Assembly (NCBI GenBank): GCA_963704165.1
Contig: CAVPHD010000009.1
Span: 325,866 to 389,865, forward strand
Source: an uncultured delta proteobacterium
Lineage (GTDB): Bacteria; Myxococcota_A; UBA9160; SZUA-336
Length of the DNA: 64,000 nucleotides
Direction: 5' to 3'
In this document: in pieces, positions 38,617 through 49,525 of the stretch
Position numbering within the stretch: position 1 is the stretch's first letter
Layout of the letters: every line of letters starts with the position of its first letter
Notes under the pieces: model-generated
What the model saw: only the letters and a program-made list of their open reading frames with translations
What the model was told of the DNA's origin: nothing
The model's database searches: none
Translations under genes and position numbers: made by a program

Positions 38617-41600
38617 ATGCGCATCGCTCTACCTCTGACGCGAGCCATCGCGCTCGCTTTGGCCCTGGTTGCGTGCACGGCGGCATCGAGCGCGGTCGCC
38701 CAGTCGGAGCCGCCCGCCGTCCGGACCGCGGTCGTTCCGGCCGCCTTCCCGTCCGACCTCGACTTCGCGCGCGAGTCCCTCGCCGAGCACGTGCGCCTGC
38801 GTCTTCGCGCGGGTGGCGTCGAGGTGATTCCCGGGGATCGGCTCCGTGCTCGACTCGGCGGGGCGCGAGCCGGAGAAGCGACGCAGACCTGCTCGCTCGT
38901 CTCGATCGCGGCCTCGGACGGGGCGACCCACGTCGTGATCGCGGATCTGCGTCGGACCGAGCGGGGAATCGACGTCGCGCTTCGCGTCTACGCGCCGCAC
39001 GACTGCAAGCTCGCGAGCGCCGTGCGGATCCCGGGAACCGCAGCCGAGCTCGGTCCCGCGCTCTCCGAGGCGGTCGCGCGCACCGTGCCCGCGCTCGGGG
39101 GCTCGAGCGCCCGGCTCGCTCCGTCGTCGCTCGAACTCCGCGCACTCGATGCCGAGAGCCGGGCGCTCGACCAGATCGATGAGCGCGAGCTCGCGCGCGC
39201 ATTTCGCACGCTCGACGGCGACGCGTCCCCACTCGCATCGCTGCTTCGGAGCCGAATCGACAGCCTCGCGGCGGAGCGTGAGACGCCGGCCTCGGAGCGG
39301 GTGCGACTCTCGATCGCTCGCGACGACCTGACACCAGGCGACGTCACCGCGCGGCAGATCCTGATGCAGGCTGCCCGGTCGCTCGAAGGGGACCCGATGG
39401 ACGCGCGCGTGCTCCTCACCGCGGGTGAGCTTCAGCTCGCGCGGGGCGAAGCGGCCGAGGCCCGCCGGTACCTCGAACGGGCGGCGACGCTCCTTCCCTC
39501 GAATCCAGAAGTCGAGCTCGGATACGGACGCGCGCTCGCCCTCCTGCACGACGACGCCGGAGCGCGAGCTCGCTTCGAGCGCGCGGCCGCGCTCGCGCCC
39601 GATTCGCCCGTCGCGCTCGAAGACCTCGCCGATCTCGAGAGCGCCGACCCCGAACGACAGGCGGCCGCTCTGCTGCGGGCCGGCGAGCGGGCGTCGCGCT
39701 CGTACGACGCGCCTCGCGCGCAGGCCAACTTCGCGCGCGCGCTTCGCGTGGACCGGAACTCGGCGCCGGCCGCGAAGGAGGGAATCGCCGTCCTCTATTC
39801 CCGGCTCTTCGACCCCGAGAAAGCACGGGCGAGTTTTCGCGAGGCGATCGACGCCGGTGGCATGACGCCGGCACGGGCCCTCGGTCTGGCACGGACGAGT
39901 CGCGCGCTCGGCGATTCGGTCGCCGCCGAGGCCGCGTTCCGTCAGGCCGTGGAGCTCGATCCGAAATCCGCCGAGGCCGCCCTCGGTCTCGGTCAGGTCT
40001 ACACCGGAACGGGTCGCTTCGACGAGGCCCGGCCGTGGCTCTCCCATGCCGTCGTGCTCGAACCTGGAAATCCCGAAGCCCGACGCGAGCTCGCGATCGT
40101 CCTCGATCACGCCGGTGAGTCGGCTGCGGCGCTGGAACTGCTGCAGGCCGCGGAGCTCGCGATTCCGCTCGGCCCCGACGGCCTGCGCACGCGCGCGGGC
40201 ATCCTGCGGGCGCGCGGCGACACCTCGGGCGCACGAGCGAGTCTGCGCTCGGCGGTCGATCTCGACCCGATCGACGCCGGATTGCGCCTCGAGCTCGCCG
40301 ACGCGCACGAGCTCGGCGGCGATCTCGAGGCGGCCGCACTCGAACGCGAGCATGCCGCGCTGCTTGCGACCGCCCCGCTCGCGACCGAGACGGCCAAGGC
40401 GAACCTCGCGCCCGAGACGGATGCTTCGACCGCGACGCCCACCGACCTCGGACCGGTCGACCCGACCCTCGAAGCGCTGGTGAAGAGCTTCGAGGCGGTG
40501 GAATCGGAGACCGGGCGGGTCGCCGTCGTCGGCGTCCGCGAACGGGTCGACTTCGCCAGCGCGCCGTTGGATTGCATCCGGTCGCCGCTCGCGTGCCTGA
40601 CGCTTCGCGTTCCCGACCGCGCGCGTCTCGACGGCGCGCTGGCGCGCGTGATCCGCGAGCAGTACGCGCTGGTGCCGCGTGAGGAGCTCGAGAGATCCCT
40701 CGACAATCTCGCCACCGGATCGCTCGTCGGAGCGCTGCTCCGATTCGAGAGCGGAGCGTCGCGCGACGCGGACGCGGTGAATCACCTGAACCTGACGCTG
40801 GGAAGCGACGCGGTGTTCCTGGCGCGGATCGAGCGCACGCCCTCGCCCGGCGGCGAAGACGCCGCGCGTTGCGGCGGAACGACACCGTGGCGTCTCGAGC
40901 TCCGCCTGCTCGCCGGACGTTCGCCGCGGACGACGCGGATGCTCGGCAATGCGCTCTGCCTCGACGCGCGCGGCGAGTACTCGCGACTGAACCGCGTGAC
41001 GCTCTCGCTGATCGGGATCGTCGCGCTGGCGTTGGCGTTCCAGCTGCTGCGCGGCTGGGGTGGCGTCACCGTCATGGTCGAGCTGCCGCCGCAGACGCGC
41101 GCACTCTTCAGCATCAGCCTCTCGCGACGACCTCGAAAGCTGAAGGCGGCCAAGAGCCAGAAGACCCGCGAGAAGGCGAAGTCGCTGATCGAGGACGGGC
41201 TGCGCCGGATGAACCGGTACGAGCGTCCGCTTCGCCAGGGAAGCCCGACGGAGTTCACCTGGATTCCGGCGCGCTGGCGTCCGTTCTACGTGACCGTGCG
41301 CGGGCCACTGCAGAACACCGTGACGGGCGAGCTGATCGGCGACTTCCTCGAGGAGCACACGGTTCGCGTGCGCCGGGGGAAGTCGGTCTCGGTGAAGTTC
41401 GATCTGCGCCCGAAGGAGGCAGTGGTCGAGATCATCGTCAACGCGGGAGAGAAGGCGGAGGGTCCGGTCGCGCTCGCACTGCGCGGCGACCCCTCGTCGC
41501 TGCGCTACGCGAACGAAGGCGGCGTGTTCCTGTATCTGCAGCCCGGACCCCACGTGCTGCTCGTCGCAACGGGCGACCACCTGTTGGAGCGGATCTTCGA

Positions 41601-43230
41601 GATCCGCTCCTTCGACCCGATCCGGCTGACGATCGACCTCGCGCGCGAGCGCGACTGGCTGATCCGCGGCTCGGAGCCCGCGGTCGAAGCCTATCTCGAG
41701 GGCGACTTCGGGCGGGCGATCGAAGAGCTCGAGCGCGTCGGGGAGACGAAGGCCGCGAGCCGGATCCGCGCGAAGTTGCTCCGCGCGAACACCGAGCCCG
41801 AAGACTCCGCGCGTCCGGACACTGCCGGGATCCGAGAGGCCGCACGCGACCCCGCGGTGGCGGCGTCGCTCTTCGAAGAAGCGGGCGAATTCGCGAGCGC
41901 CGCGGACGCCTACCGCGACGCCGGCAATCACGCAGCCGCCTCACGCGCGTACGAGCGCGCCGGCGACCTCGCGAGCGCGATCGAAGCCGCCAAGCAGTCC
42001 GGCGACGCCGAGCACCTGCTCGCGCTCTACGAGAAGAGCGGCGACTCGTTCGAGGCGGGGGAGCTCGCGCGCGGCGCGGGCCAGGTGCAGCGCGCTCTGC
42101 AGGCGTTCTCGCTCGTGGATCGGATCGATCCGAACTACCGCGCGGCGTGTCAGCGACTCGTCGAGCTGCACGCGGGACGAAACGAGTTCCGGCCCGCGCT
42201 CGAGAAGCTCGAAGAGCTCGTCGGGTTCGAGGGCGGAGACGAGGCTCCGTTGCCGCTGCGCTCGATGCAAGCCCGCCTGCTCGAGAGCCTCGGCCGGGGC
42301 GAGGATGCGCTCCGCGTCTGGGAATCGATCGAAGCGCGCGATCCCGGTTTCCACGACGCCACCGAGCGCGTCGCGACGCTGCGCGGGACGCACCGCGCGG
42401 AGCCGGTCGCGGCCTCGACCTCGACCGCGCCCGGCGACGGAGCGGCGGAGAGCCGCTACGAGCTGCTCGAAGAGCTCGGACGAGGGGCGATGGGTGTGGT
42501 CTTCAAGGCGCGGGACCAACGTCTGGGCCGAATCGTCGCGCTCAAGCGTCTGACCGACAGCCTGCGCGGCCACCCGACCGCGATCGCCTACTTCGAGCGC
42601 GAGGCGCGTTCGGCCGCGGTGCTCACGCACCCGAACATCGTCGTCGTCTACGACGCCGGCCAGGAGAACGGCGAGTACTTCATCACCATGGAGTACCTCG
42701 AGGGGAGGACGCTCGAGCAGATCCTGCGAAAGCGCGGCCCGATGAGCGCCTCGGTCGTCGCCTCACTCGGCATCCAGATCTGCGCCGGCCTTCAGTACGC
42801 GCACTCGAGCCGGATCATCCACCGCGACATCAAGACCGCGAACCTGTTCTTCACGCGGGAGCGCGTCGTCAAGATCATGGACTTCGGTCTCGCGAAGATG
42901 ATCGAGGAGGTTCGCAAGGGCGCGACCATAATCGGCGGCACACCCCACTACATGGCGCCCGAGCAGGCGCTCGGCCTCGACGTCGATCATCGCACCGACC
43001 TGTACGCGCTCGGCGTCACGTTCTTCAATCTGCTGACGAACACGCATCCGTTCGAGTCGGGCGACATCACGTACCACCACGGCCACACGCCCGCACCCGA
43101 CGTCCGCACACGCGTCTCGGCCGTGCCCGAGGAGATGGCGCGGCTCGTCGCCAAGCTGATGGCCAAACGCCCCGAGGACCGCTACGCGAGCGCGGCCGAG
43201 GTCGCGCGGGTTCTGCAGCCGCTGGCCTAG
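38617..43230 (+). CDS. Large membrane Ser/Thr protein kinase with extensive TPR repeats and C-terminal kinase domain (1537 aa)
   Basis: Signal peptide, TPR arrays, one TM (about nt 40990-41060), more TPRs, then [31 protein letters not shown]. Confidence 0.9.
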   Translation: MRIALPLTRAIALALALVACTAASSAVAQSEPPAVRTAVVPAAFPSDLDFARESLAEHVRLRLRAGGVEVIPGDRLRARLGGARAGEATQTCSLVSIAASDGATHVVIADLRRTERGIDVALRVYAPHDCKLASAVRIPGTAAELGPALSEAVARTVPALGGSSARLAPSSLELRALDAESRALDQIDERELARAFRTLDGDASPLASLLRSRIDSLAAERETPASERVRLSIARDDLTPGDVTARQILMQAARSLEGDPMDARVLLTAGELQLARGEAAEARRYLERAATLLPSNPEVELGYGRALALLHDDAGARARFERAAALAPDSPVALEDLADLESADPERQAAALLRAGERASRSYDAPRAQANFARALRVDRNSAPAAKEGIAVLYSRLFDPEKARASFREAIDAGGMTPARALGLARTSRALGDSVAAEAAFRQAVELDPKSAEAALGLGQVYTGTGRFDEARPWLSHAVVLEPGNPEARRELAIVLDHAGESAAALELLQAAELAIPLGPDGLRTRAGILRARGDTSGARASLRSAVDLDPIDAGLRLELADAHELGGDLEAAALEREHAALLATAPLATETAKANLAPETDASTATPTDLGPVDPTLEALVKSFEAVESETGRVAVVGVRERVDFASAPLDCIRSPLACLTLRVPDRARLDGALARVIREQYALVPREELERSLDNLATGSLVGALLRFESGASRDADAVNHLNLTLGSDAVFLARIERTPSPGGEDAARCGGTTPWRLELRLLAGRSPRTTRMLGNALCLDARGEYSRLNRVTLSLIGIVALALAFQLLRGWGGVTVMVELPPQTRALFSISLSRRPRKLKAAKSQKTREKAKSLIEDGLRRMNRYERPLRQGSPTEFTWIPARWRPFYVTVRGPLQNTVTGELIGDFLEEHTVRVRRGKSVSVKFDLRPKEAVVEIIVNAGEKAEGPVALALRGDPSSLRYANEGGVFLYLQPGPHVLLVATGDHLLERIFEIRSFDPIRLTIDLARERDWLIRGSEPAVEAYLEGDFGRAIEELERVGETKAASRIRAKLLRANTEPEDSARPDTAGIREAARDPAVAASLFEEAGEFASAADAYRDAGNHAAASRAYERAGDLASAIEAAKQSGDAEHLLALYEKSGDSFEAGELARGAGQVQRALQAFSLVDRIDPNYRAACQRLVELHAGRNEFRPALEKLEELVGFEGGDEAPLPLRSMQARLLESLGRGEDALRVWESIEARDPGFHDATERVATLRGTHRAEPVAASTSTAPGDGAAESRYELLEELGRGAMGVVFKARDQRLGRIVALKRLTDSLRGHPTAIAYFEREARSAAVLTHPNIVVVYDAGQENGEYFITMEYLEGRTLEQILRKRGPMSASVVASLGIQICAGLQYAHSSRIIHRDIKTANLFFTRERVVKIMDFGLAKMIEEVRKGATIIGGTPHYMAPEQALGLDVDHRTDLYALGVTFFNLLTNTHPFESGDITYHHGHTPAPDVRTRVSAVPEEMARLVAKLMAKRPEDRYASAAEVARVLQPLA

Positions 43231-43910
43231 CTTCGGGATTCGTCGAGCCGGCGGCTCGTCTCGAGCAGAAGCTCGGTCATCGAGATCTCGAGCGTGCGCT
43301 CGGGCAAGGGCGCGCCCGCGTCGAAGTGAAAGCGTCCGCGCGTGGCGCCGATCAGCACGAGCGCCGCATCGAGTCCCTCCGCCTTCTCGGTCGCCGCGTG
43401 CAGCGGCTCTCCGCTGCCCACCCAGATCCGTGCCGGCCCCTGGTCCGTCTCGACCTCGAGAAGTCCGGTCTTGTGGCCCATCTCGAGCATCTGCAGGACG
43501 ACGAAGGTCGGCATCTCGGCGAGATCGCCCGCGAAGGCGGCTCCCGCCCGCTTCTCGGTGAAGAGCGCCGTCTCCTGGCCGGAGGGATCGGACAGGAAGC
43601 CGTCGAGCGATCCCTGCACCCGACAGAACGTGATCACGGCCGAACCGACGCCGATCCGATCGCCCGGCTCGAGCGCGCGCGGACCCCCGATCAGCTCGCC
43701 GTTCACGAACGTGCCGTTCCTGCTCAAGAGATCCCGGACGATGAAGAGCCCGTCATCCGCGTACACCTCGGCGTGCCGGCGCGACGCGTCGTCGGTGCAG
43801 ACCGGAAATCCGCAGTCCCGGCCGCGGCCGACCGAGACACGGCCGTTGGCAGGAATCGTCACGGGCGCGAGCGGCGGGCAGAAGAGCAACGCGGTTCGGT
43901 CGGCACTCAT
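43227..43910 (-). CDS. FHA domain + DUF4388 protein
   Basis: VGRG, SRRHA, SRNGTFVNG (FHA); GDLAEM..VLQML..KTGLL, GRFHF, LLLETSRRLDE (DUF4388). Alternative start 43970. Confidence 0.85.
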   Translation of the reverse strand: MSADRTALLFCPPLAPVTIPANGRVSVGRGRDCGFPVCTDDASRRHAEVYADDGLFIVRDLLSRNGTFVNGELIGGPRALEPGDRIGVGSAVITFCRVQGSLDGFLSDPSGQETALFTEKRAGAAFAGDLAEMPTFVVLQMLEMGHKTGLLEVETDQGPARIWVGSGEPLHAATEKAEGLDAALVLIGATRGRFHFDAGAPLPERTLEISMTELLLETSRRLDESRS

Positions 43911-43919
43911 TCGCTTCGA

Positions 43920-43945
43920 CTCGGCACCGTCCGCGGTCGGCTTGA
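43920..43945 (-). promoter_or_regulatory. Sigma28-like promoter TCAAG-N15-GCCGAG upstream of the FHA gene
   Basis: 9 nt before the ATG at 43910; same geometry as the PilZ motif. Confidence 0.5.
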
Positions 43946-43966
43946 GCCGGGTGCGGGTCCGCGACG

Positions 43967-45889
43967 TCATCGCATCGTGCGGAGTCCGTCCATGAACGCC
44001 GCCTGTACCGGCGGCAGGAACATGTTGCCCAGATGGCCGCCACTGGGGAAGACGGTGATGCGCCCGGCGAAGACGTCTTCGAGCCAGGCGAGATCGCTCG
44101 GCTGCAGGATGAAGTCGTCCTGGTTCGTGAAGACGGCGATGCGCGGGTCGTCGCGCAGCCCGGCCTCCTGGCTGTACAGGTTGGCGGCTTCGAAGAGCTC
44201 CTCGGCGGAGCGGACGCCGCCCTCCTTGTCGACGAAGTGCGGGATGGCGAGCTCGTCCATGTAGCGCCGCAAGGTGTTGCTCTCGACCTCGATCGCGAAC
44301 GGGCCGTCGGGCATTCCCGGCGCGGAAGGCACGCGCGTCAGATCTCTACCGCCGCGCTGCCGGGCCGCCGCGATCGCCTGGATCGTCGTCGCCCGCGACG
44401 AGAGACCGATCAGGAAATCCGATCCGGGACGCGTGAACGGCAGCCGCTGGTACCTGCGCAGCTTCGCGGTGTCCTTCTCCCCACCCTGCGCGATGACGAA
44501 GGCGTTCTTCACCGTCTCCAGCATCCGATCGAGCCGAACCTCCACCGGCCACTTCCGAGGTGAGTCGAAGAAGTCGTCGAAGAGGTCGGCCGCATAGCGC
44601 AGATCGACGGCCGGGTTGATCGCGACGATCCGTTCGAAGTGCAGCGCGTCCGGCGCGGTCGACTTGCGTTCGATCTGCGAGACGAAGAGCGCCGCGATCC
44701 CACCGAGCGAGTACCCCATGAGCGACGCCGACTCGATCTTCCCGGGCGTCCGCTTCTCGATGTCGGCGCGAATCTCGCCGAGCGCCCGATAGAGATCCTC
44801 GGCATCGCTGGGCGTATAGCCCGGATAGGTCGAGGAGAGCCCCGTCAGGATGAACTCGGGGTTGAAGGGATTGCTGACGATCACGGCCGAGTAGCCCCGT
44901 CCCCATGCGGACTCGGCGAGCTTGACCGCGTTGGTCGCGGAGCGGTGCGAGCCGATTCCAGGAACGATGAAGACCAGCGGCGCGGGCTTCTCCTGCAGCC
45001 AGAGCGAGTACGGCAGAGCCCTTCCCGTCACGGAGCTCTCCACCTCGCCGCGATCCTGTTCTCGCGGGAAGCTCGGGTCGTCGAGCTTGGTCAGCATGAT
45101 GCCGAGCGACGGGTTCGGGTCCGCATCGGCCCACGCGATCTCGGGGATCTCGTAGTCACTGACCTGGATCTCGCGGTTGATGGCCCAGAGCGTGCGCACG
45201 GGCAGATACAGGTCGGTGCCGCTCTCGGTCAGCATGTCGTAGGTGCGAACCCGCGAGCTGAAGGCGTTGAACGTGAATACGAGCCCGGCGCCGGGCACGT
45301 AGGTCGCGGGCGAGAGGGCCGTGTCGAAGATCCGCCCGAGCCCGTCGCGGCCGCTGCTCGGACCGAGGATCGGGACGAACAGGTAGAAGCCCGGATCGAA
45401 GCCCCACTTCCCGAACGCCTGCCCGACGTCCTCCTTGTACGTCGGGATGCCGAGCGGCTTCGCGACGTCGAAGAAGCCCGCGACCCCGGCCGTGGTGTTG
45501 ACCAGGAAGTGACCGGTCTCGATTCCCGCCTTCACCGGCTCGCCCTGCAGCAAGAGGCTCACGAAGCGATCGGGCCAGGCGATGTTGTACGCGAACCGGT
45601 CGATGCTGCTGCGGACCGGTTCCGGGAAGACGGTGCGCCAGCCGATCGCGATCGGCCGCACGAAGTAGTCGACGATGGCCTTGGTGAAGCCAAAGCTACC
45701 GCGATTGAAGCCTTCGATCGGATCGTTCACGTACTGCATCAGCTCGTACGTGTCGCCGCTCGTCACCCGCCGGTGCTCGTCGACGCCGATCATCGTCGTG
45801 TTGTGCAGCCGGGGCGGCGCGTCGTTCGATGCACAGCCGAGCGCGAGCGCGCAGACGACGAGCCATGCGAGCGGAATCGGAAGCTTCAC
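43967..45889 (-). CDS. MlaA/VacJ lipoprotein fused to an alpha/beta-hydrolase (lipase) domain
   Basis: Lipobox [45 protein letters not shown] (MlaA); then [29 protein letters not shown]; single intact 640-aa ORF. Confidence 0.85.
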   Translation of the reverse strand: MKLPIPLAWLVVCALALGCASNDAPPRLHNTTMIGVDEHRRVTSGDTYELMQYVNDPIEGFNRGSFGFTKAIVDYFVRPIAIGWRTVFPEPVRSSIDRFAYNIAWPDRFVSLLLQGEPVKAGIETGHFLVNTTAGVAGFFDVAKPLGIPTYKEDVGQAFGKWGFDPGFYLFVPILGPSSGRDGLGRIFDTALSPATYVPGAGLVFTFNAFSSRVRTYDMLTESGTDLYLPVRTLWAINREIQVSDYEIPEIAWADADPNPSLGIMLTKLDDPSFPREQDRGEVESSVTGRALPYSLWLQEKPAPLVFIVPGIGSHRSATNAVKLAESAWGRGYSAVIVSNPFNPEFILTGLSSTYPGYTPSDAEDLYRALGEIRADIEKRTPGKIESASLMGYSLGGIAALFVSQIERKSTAPDALHFERIVAINPAVDLRYAADLFDDFFDSPRKWPVEVRLDRMLETVKNAFVIAQGGEKDTAKLRRYQRLPFTRPGSDFLIGLSSRATTIQAIAAARQRGGRDLTRVPSAPGMPDGPFAIEVESNTLRRYMDELAIPHFVDKEGGVRSAEELFEAANLYSQEAGLRDDPRIAVFTNQDDFILQPSDLAWLEDVFAGRITVFPSGGHLGNMFLPPVQAAFMDGLRTMR

Positions 45890-45916
45890 CTGGGTTCCTC
45901 GAGCGATGGGATCGAG

Positions 45917-45993
45917 TGGCGCGCCCGGCTGGACTCGAACCAGCGACCTGCGGATTAGAAGTCCGCTGCTCTATCCAGCTGAGCTACGGGCGC
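45917..45993 (-). tRNA. tRNA-Arg (anticodon TCT)
   Basis: GCGCCCGTAGCTCAGCTGGATAGAGCAGCGGACTTCTAATCCGCAGGTCGCTGGTTCGAGTCCAGCCGGGCGCGCCA; 77 nt. Confidence 0.97.
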
Positions 45994-47320
45994 GCGGGTG
46001 CGGAGAATAGCCAACTCGGCTTCGCGACGGGACACGGGCTCTCGGGAAAGCAGTCGTCGTTCCGCCAGTCCGTGAAGCGCGCGTAGGCGCGGATCTCGCT
46101 CGCGGCGAGGATCCGCTCCGCGTCGGAGCGAAGTCCCGGCGTGACCACGAGCGCGGTCCGCCCGCGCAGCACGACCTCGGGCGTTCCCGAGAGCCTGGAG
46201 TTCGAGGCGACGGCATCGGCGATGGCGCGGTAGGCCGAGGCGAAGGCGATCGCCCCGGACTCGGAGTCCCAGCGCGTCAGCCAGACGAGGTCCCAGGTCT
46301 CGCCGCAATCGATCTGAAGGAAGCGATCCCCGGTCCACGCGCGGCGCAGCTCGCGGAGGTCGCCCGGGTGACCGTAGTGGTCGAAGAGCACCTCGAGCGT
46401 GAGCGCGCCCGCGACGTTGTCGATGCCGAGCGCGCAGCCGCGTGCGTTCGCGCGCTCGGCGAGCTCGACCTCGGGCAGGCGGATGAATTCGACGGGATCG
46501 CTCTCGTCCGGCTCGAGCACGCGCGCGGTCGACAGCGGCGGATCGCGCAGCACCGCGTCGAGTCCGGCGAGGCCGCCCGCGGCGTAGCTTCGGGCCGTGG
46601 CCGGAGTCCCGTGCGCGTACGGAAAGATCAGCGATTCGCGCAGAAGCGGCGGCGCGCCAGCCAGCGGTCCGTCCGACCGCGTGCGCTCGGCGAGCATGTT
46701 CTCGCGCACGCGCGAAGCGGTCGCTTCGTCGCGGCCACCGGCATCGGGAATCGCTTCGCGCACGCCGAGCATCGGTGAACGTCGCGTCGCCCTCGATCGC
46801 GGCCGAGAGCGCACCGACCACGTCGTCCTGGTGGCGAAGCCCGGTCAGCAGCTCGAGCGCCTCCGGAAAGTGTTGCTGCTGGAGCGCGTGGACCAGCTCG
46901 TGAACGACGATCGTCGACCGACCGAGAACGCCGTCCGGCAGCGGAGTCGCGAAGCGAGTCGAGAACGTAGAGCGTTCGGCTTCGCGGGCTGTACAGCCCG
47001 GCGATCGAGCGCGACTGCAGCGCGATCATCGTCTCGACGAGGTCGAGTCCGGGCGGAAAGACGCCGAGCGCCGCGTAGCCATCGCGATAGCGCCGAGCGG
47101 TCTCGATCGTGAACTGGCCCTCGACCTCGGCGCGAATCAGGTCGGGAAGTTCGGCTTCCGAAACCCAGACGAGTTGCAGAGGCGCCTCGAATTCGAGTCC
47201 GCGGAGCTCGCTCGCCTGCGCCTTCCAGGCCTCGAGGCGCGGATCCTGCGGTCCGCCGACGAGCGTCGCACACGCAGCGCTCGCCCCGAGAACGAGCGCG
47301 AGCAGAATCCGCGCGCGCAT
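45984..47320 (-). CDS. Putative lipoprotein zinc metallopeptidase (HExxH; frameshifted)
   Basis: Lipobox [47 protein letters not shown] across three frames. Confidence 0.65.
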
Positions 47321-47325
47321 CCCGC

Positions 47326-48975
47326 CTAGACGCCCCAGCCGCTGCGGTGGACGATCGGGATGCGCCGGCCGCTGCCGTACGCCTTCTGGGAGACGCGCAG
47401 CACGACCGGTGCCTGACGACGCTTGTACTCGTTGCGGTCGATCTGGCGCAGGATCCACGCCACCGTCTCGCGCGTGGCCCCGTGCGGTGGCTCGATCTCG
47501 TCGCCGGGCAGGCCGAGCTCGATCGCCTGATGCAGAACCTCGTCGAGCACCGGGTACGGCGGCAGCGCGTCCTCGTCCTTCTGCCCCGGCGCGAGCTCGG
47601 CCGAAGGCGGCTTCTCGATCGACCCGAGCGGTATGCGCAGACCGGCGCGGTTCGAGTGCCGTGCCAACGCGTAGACGTCGCGCTTCAGCACGTCGCCGAT
47701 CACCGCGAGTCCGCCGACGAGGTCACCGTAGAGCGTGGTGTAGCCCACCGAGAGCTCGCTCTTGTTCCCGGTCGCGAGGACGATCCGGTTCTCGAAGTTC
47801 GAGACCGCCATCAAGAGCGCGCCGCGGATCCGCGCCTGGATGTTCTCCTGCGTGAGCCCGTAGCTCTCGCGCGCTCCGAACAGATTCCGGAACTGCTCGA
47901 GGTAGTCCTTGTAGAGCGTGTCGATGCGCACCGTGCGCGTCTCGATGCCGAGCGCGCGGGCGAGCGCCTCGGCGTCGGTGATGCTGTGCTCGGAAGAGAA
48001 CGGCCCGGGCATCAGCACGCCGAGCACGTTCTCGGGACCGATCGCGCGGGCGGCCAGGTGCGCGGTGACGGCGGAGTCGATTCCACCGGAGAGGCCGATC
48101 ACCGCCTGTCGCATGCCGAGCTTGCCCAGGTAGTCGCGGATGCCGAGCACGAGCGCGCGCTCGAGCAGCTCCACGTCGGGCTCGGTGGCACCGACCTCGG
48201 GCGCGCCGGTCGCGAACGGATCGACGACGGCGAAGTCCTCCTCGAATCGCGCGAGCCGCGTCGTGACGCGCGCAGCGGAATCGACGCAGAAGCTCGTGCC
48301 GTCGAAGACCAGCTCGTCGTTGCCACCGACCAGATTCACGAAGACGAACGGCACGCGGTGCCGCCGCGCGGCGTCGCGAACCATGGCCTCGCGCAGGCTC
48401 ATCTTGCGCTGGTCCCAGGGCGAGGCGGAGATCGCGAAGATCACCTCGGCTCCCTGCGCGACGAGCTCCTCGATCGGATCCGTCGGATAGGGACGCCGCG
48501 GACCCCAGAACTTCCCGTTCCACAGGTCTTCGCAGATCGCGAGGCCGATCGTGCGCTCGCGAAGACGGAAGACGCGCCGCTCCGCCGCGGGCTGGAAGTA
48601 GCGCGACTCGTCGAAGATGTCGTAGGTGGGGAGCAGCGTCTTCGCCTGCACGTGCGCGATCTCGCCGCGATCGAGAAGCACGGCAGAGTTCGAGATCCGC
48701 TTCGGTCCGCCCTCCGGCGCGGGCAGGATCGCGCCGGTCAGGATCGCGATGTCGCGCGACTCGACCACGAGCTCCTCGAGCGCGCGCGTGTGGTCGCGCA
48801 GAAAGCTCGGGCGCTCGAGCAGGTCACCGGGCGGATACCCCGAGATGCCGAGCTCCGGCAGGATCAGAAGATCCGCACGCTCCGAGCGGGCACGCGAGAG
48901 CGCCGCGCGGATCTTGCGGAGATTCCCCGCGAAGTCCCCGATCGTGAGATTCGTCTGCGCGAGTGCGACCCGCAT
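47326..48975 (-). CDS. nadE: Glutamine-dependent NAD+ synthetase
   Basis: Nitrilase domain (PEL..GYPP, LLPTYDIFDE, ICEDLW) plus GLSGGIDS, ENIQARIRG, TGNKSE, PPSAELAPGQ. Confidence 0.95.
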   Translation of the reverse strand: MRVALAQTNLTIGDFAGNLRKIRAALSRARSERADLLILPELGISGYPPGDLLERPSFLRDHTRALEELVVESRDIAILTGAILPAPEGGPKRISNSAVLLDRGEIAHVQAKTLLPTYDIFDESRYFQPAAERRVFRLRERTIGLAICEDLWNGKFWGPRRPYPTDPIEELVAQGAEVIFAISASPWDQRKMSLREAMVRDAARRHRVPFVFVNLVGGNDELVFDGTSFCVDSAARVTTRLARFEEDFAVVDPFATGAPEVGATEPDVELLERALVLGIRDYLGKLGMRQAVIGLSGGIDSAVTAHLAARAIGPENVLGVLMPGPFSSEHSITDAEALARALGIETRTVRIDTLYKDYLEQFRNLFGARESYGLTQENIQARIRGALLMAVSNFENRIVLATGNKSELSVGYTTLYGDLVGGLAVIGDVLKRDVYALARHSNRAGLRIPLGSIEKPPSAELAPGQKDEDALPPYPVLDEVLHQAIELGLPGDEIEPPHGATRETVAWILRQIDRNEYKRRQAPVVLRVSQKAYGSGRRIPIVHRSGWGV

Positions 48976-49033
48976 CCCCGTGGGCACGATAGCCGACTTC
49001 GCCTCGCTGGCATCCGCGGGCGGGCGGGTTCGG

Positions 49034-49468
49034 TCAGTAGGAGCCGTCGATGTAGCGGCGCAGCGACTCGACGTCGGCGGAGCGTTCCTCGAGCTCGCCG
49101 AAGATCAGGTCGCGGATCGACAGCATGTCGACGACCGCACCGTGCAGGACCACGGGCAGGTGCCGGCAGCCGACCGCGTCCATCTTGCGCACCGCCAGCG
49201 CCTGCCCGTCGCTGGGCGAGGCCGTGAGCGGGTCACGCGTCATGACCTCGCCGATCTGCGTCTTCTCGGGCGCGCGGTTCACCCACACGACCCGCCGCAC
49301 CACGTCGCGCTCGCTGAAGATGCCGATCAGCCGGCCATCCTCGACCACGGGCAACGCGCCGACCCTGCGCGAGGCCATGATCGCGACCGCGTCCGCGACC
49401 GTCTGCTGCGGGCTCACGATGTGGATCACCGGTGAGCGCTTCTCCAGGAGCTGAGCGATCAGGCCCAT
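49034..49468 (-). CDS. CBS-domain pair protein
   Basis: VGALPVV, GIFSERD, VMTRDP, RHLPVV, SIRDL; GAGGAGG RBS. Confidence 0.9.
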   Translation of the reverse strand: MGLIAQLLEKRSPVIHIVSPQQTVADAVAIMASRRVGALPVVEDGRLIGIFSERDVVRRVVWVNRAPEKTQIGEVMTRDPLTASPSDGQALAVRKMDAVGCRHLPVVLHGAVVDMLSIRDLIFGELEERSADVESLRRYIDGSY

Positions 49469-49496
49469 GGGCGACCTCCTCTTCTGGCTCCTTCGC

Positions 49497-49525
49497 ATTG
49501 TCCCGGAGTGTGCGAAAAACGTCAA
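49497..49525 (-). promoter_or_regulatory. Sigma70-type promoter TTGACG-N17-GACAAT for the CBS gene
   Basis: 5/6 matches at both -35 and -10 with a 17-nt spacer. Confidence 0.6.
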
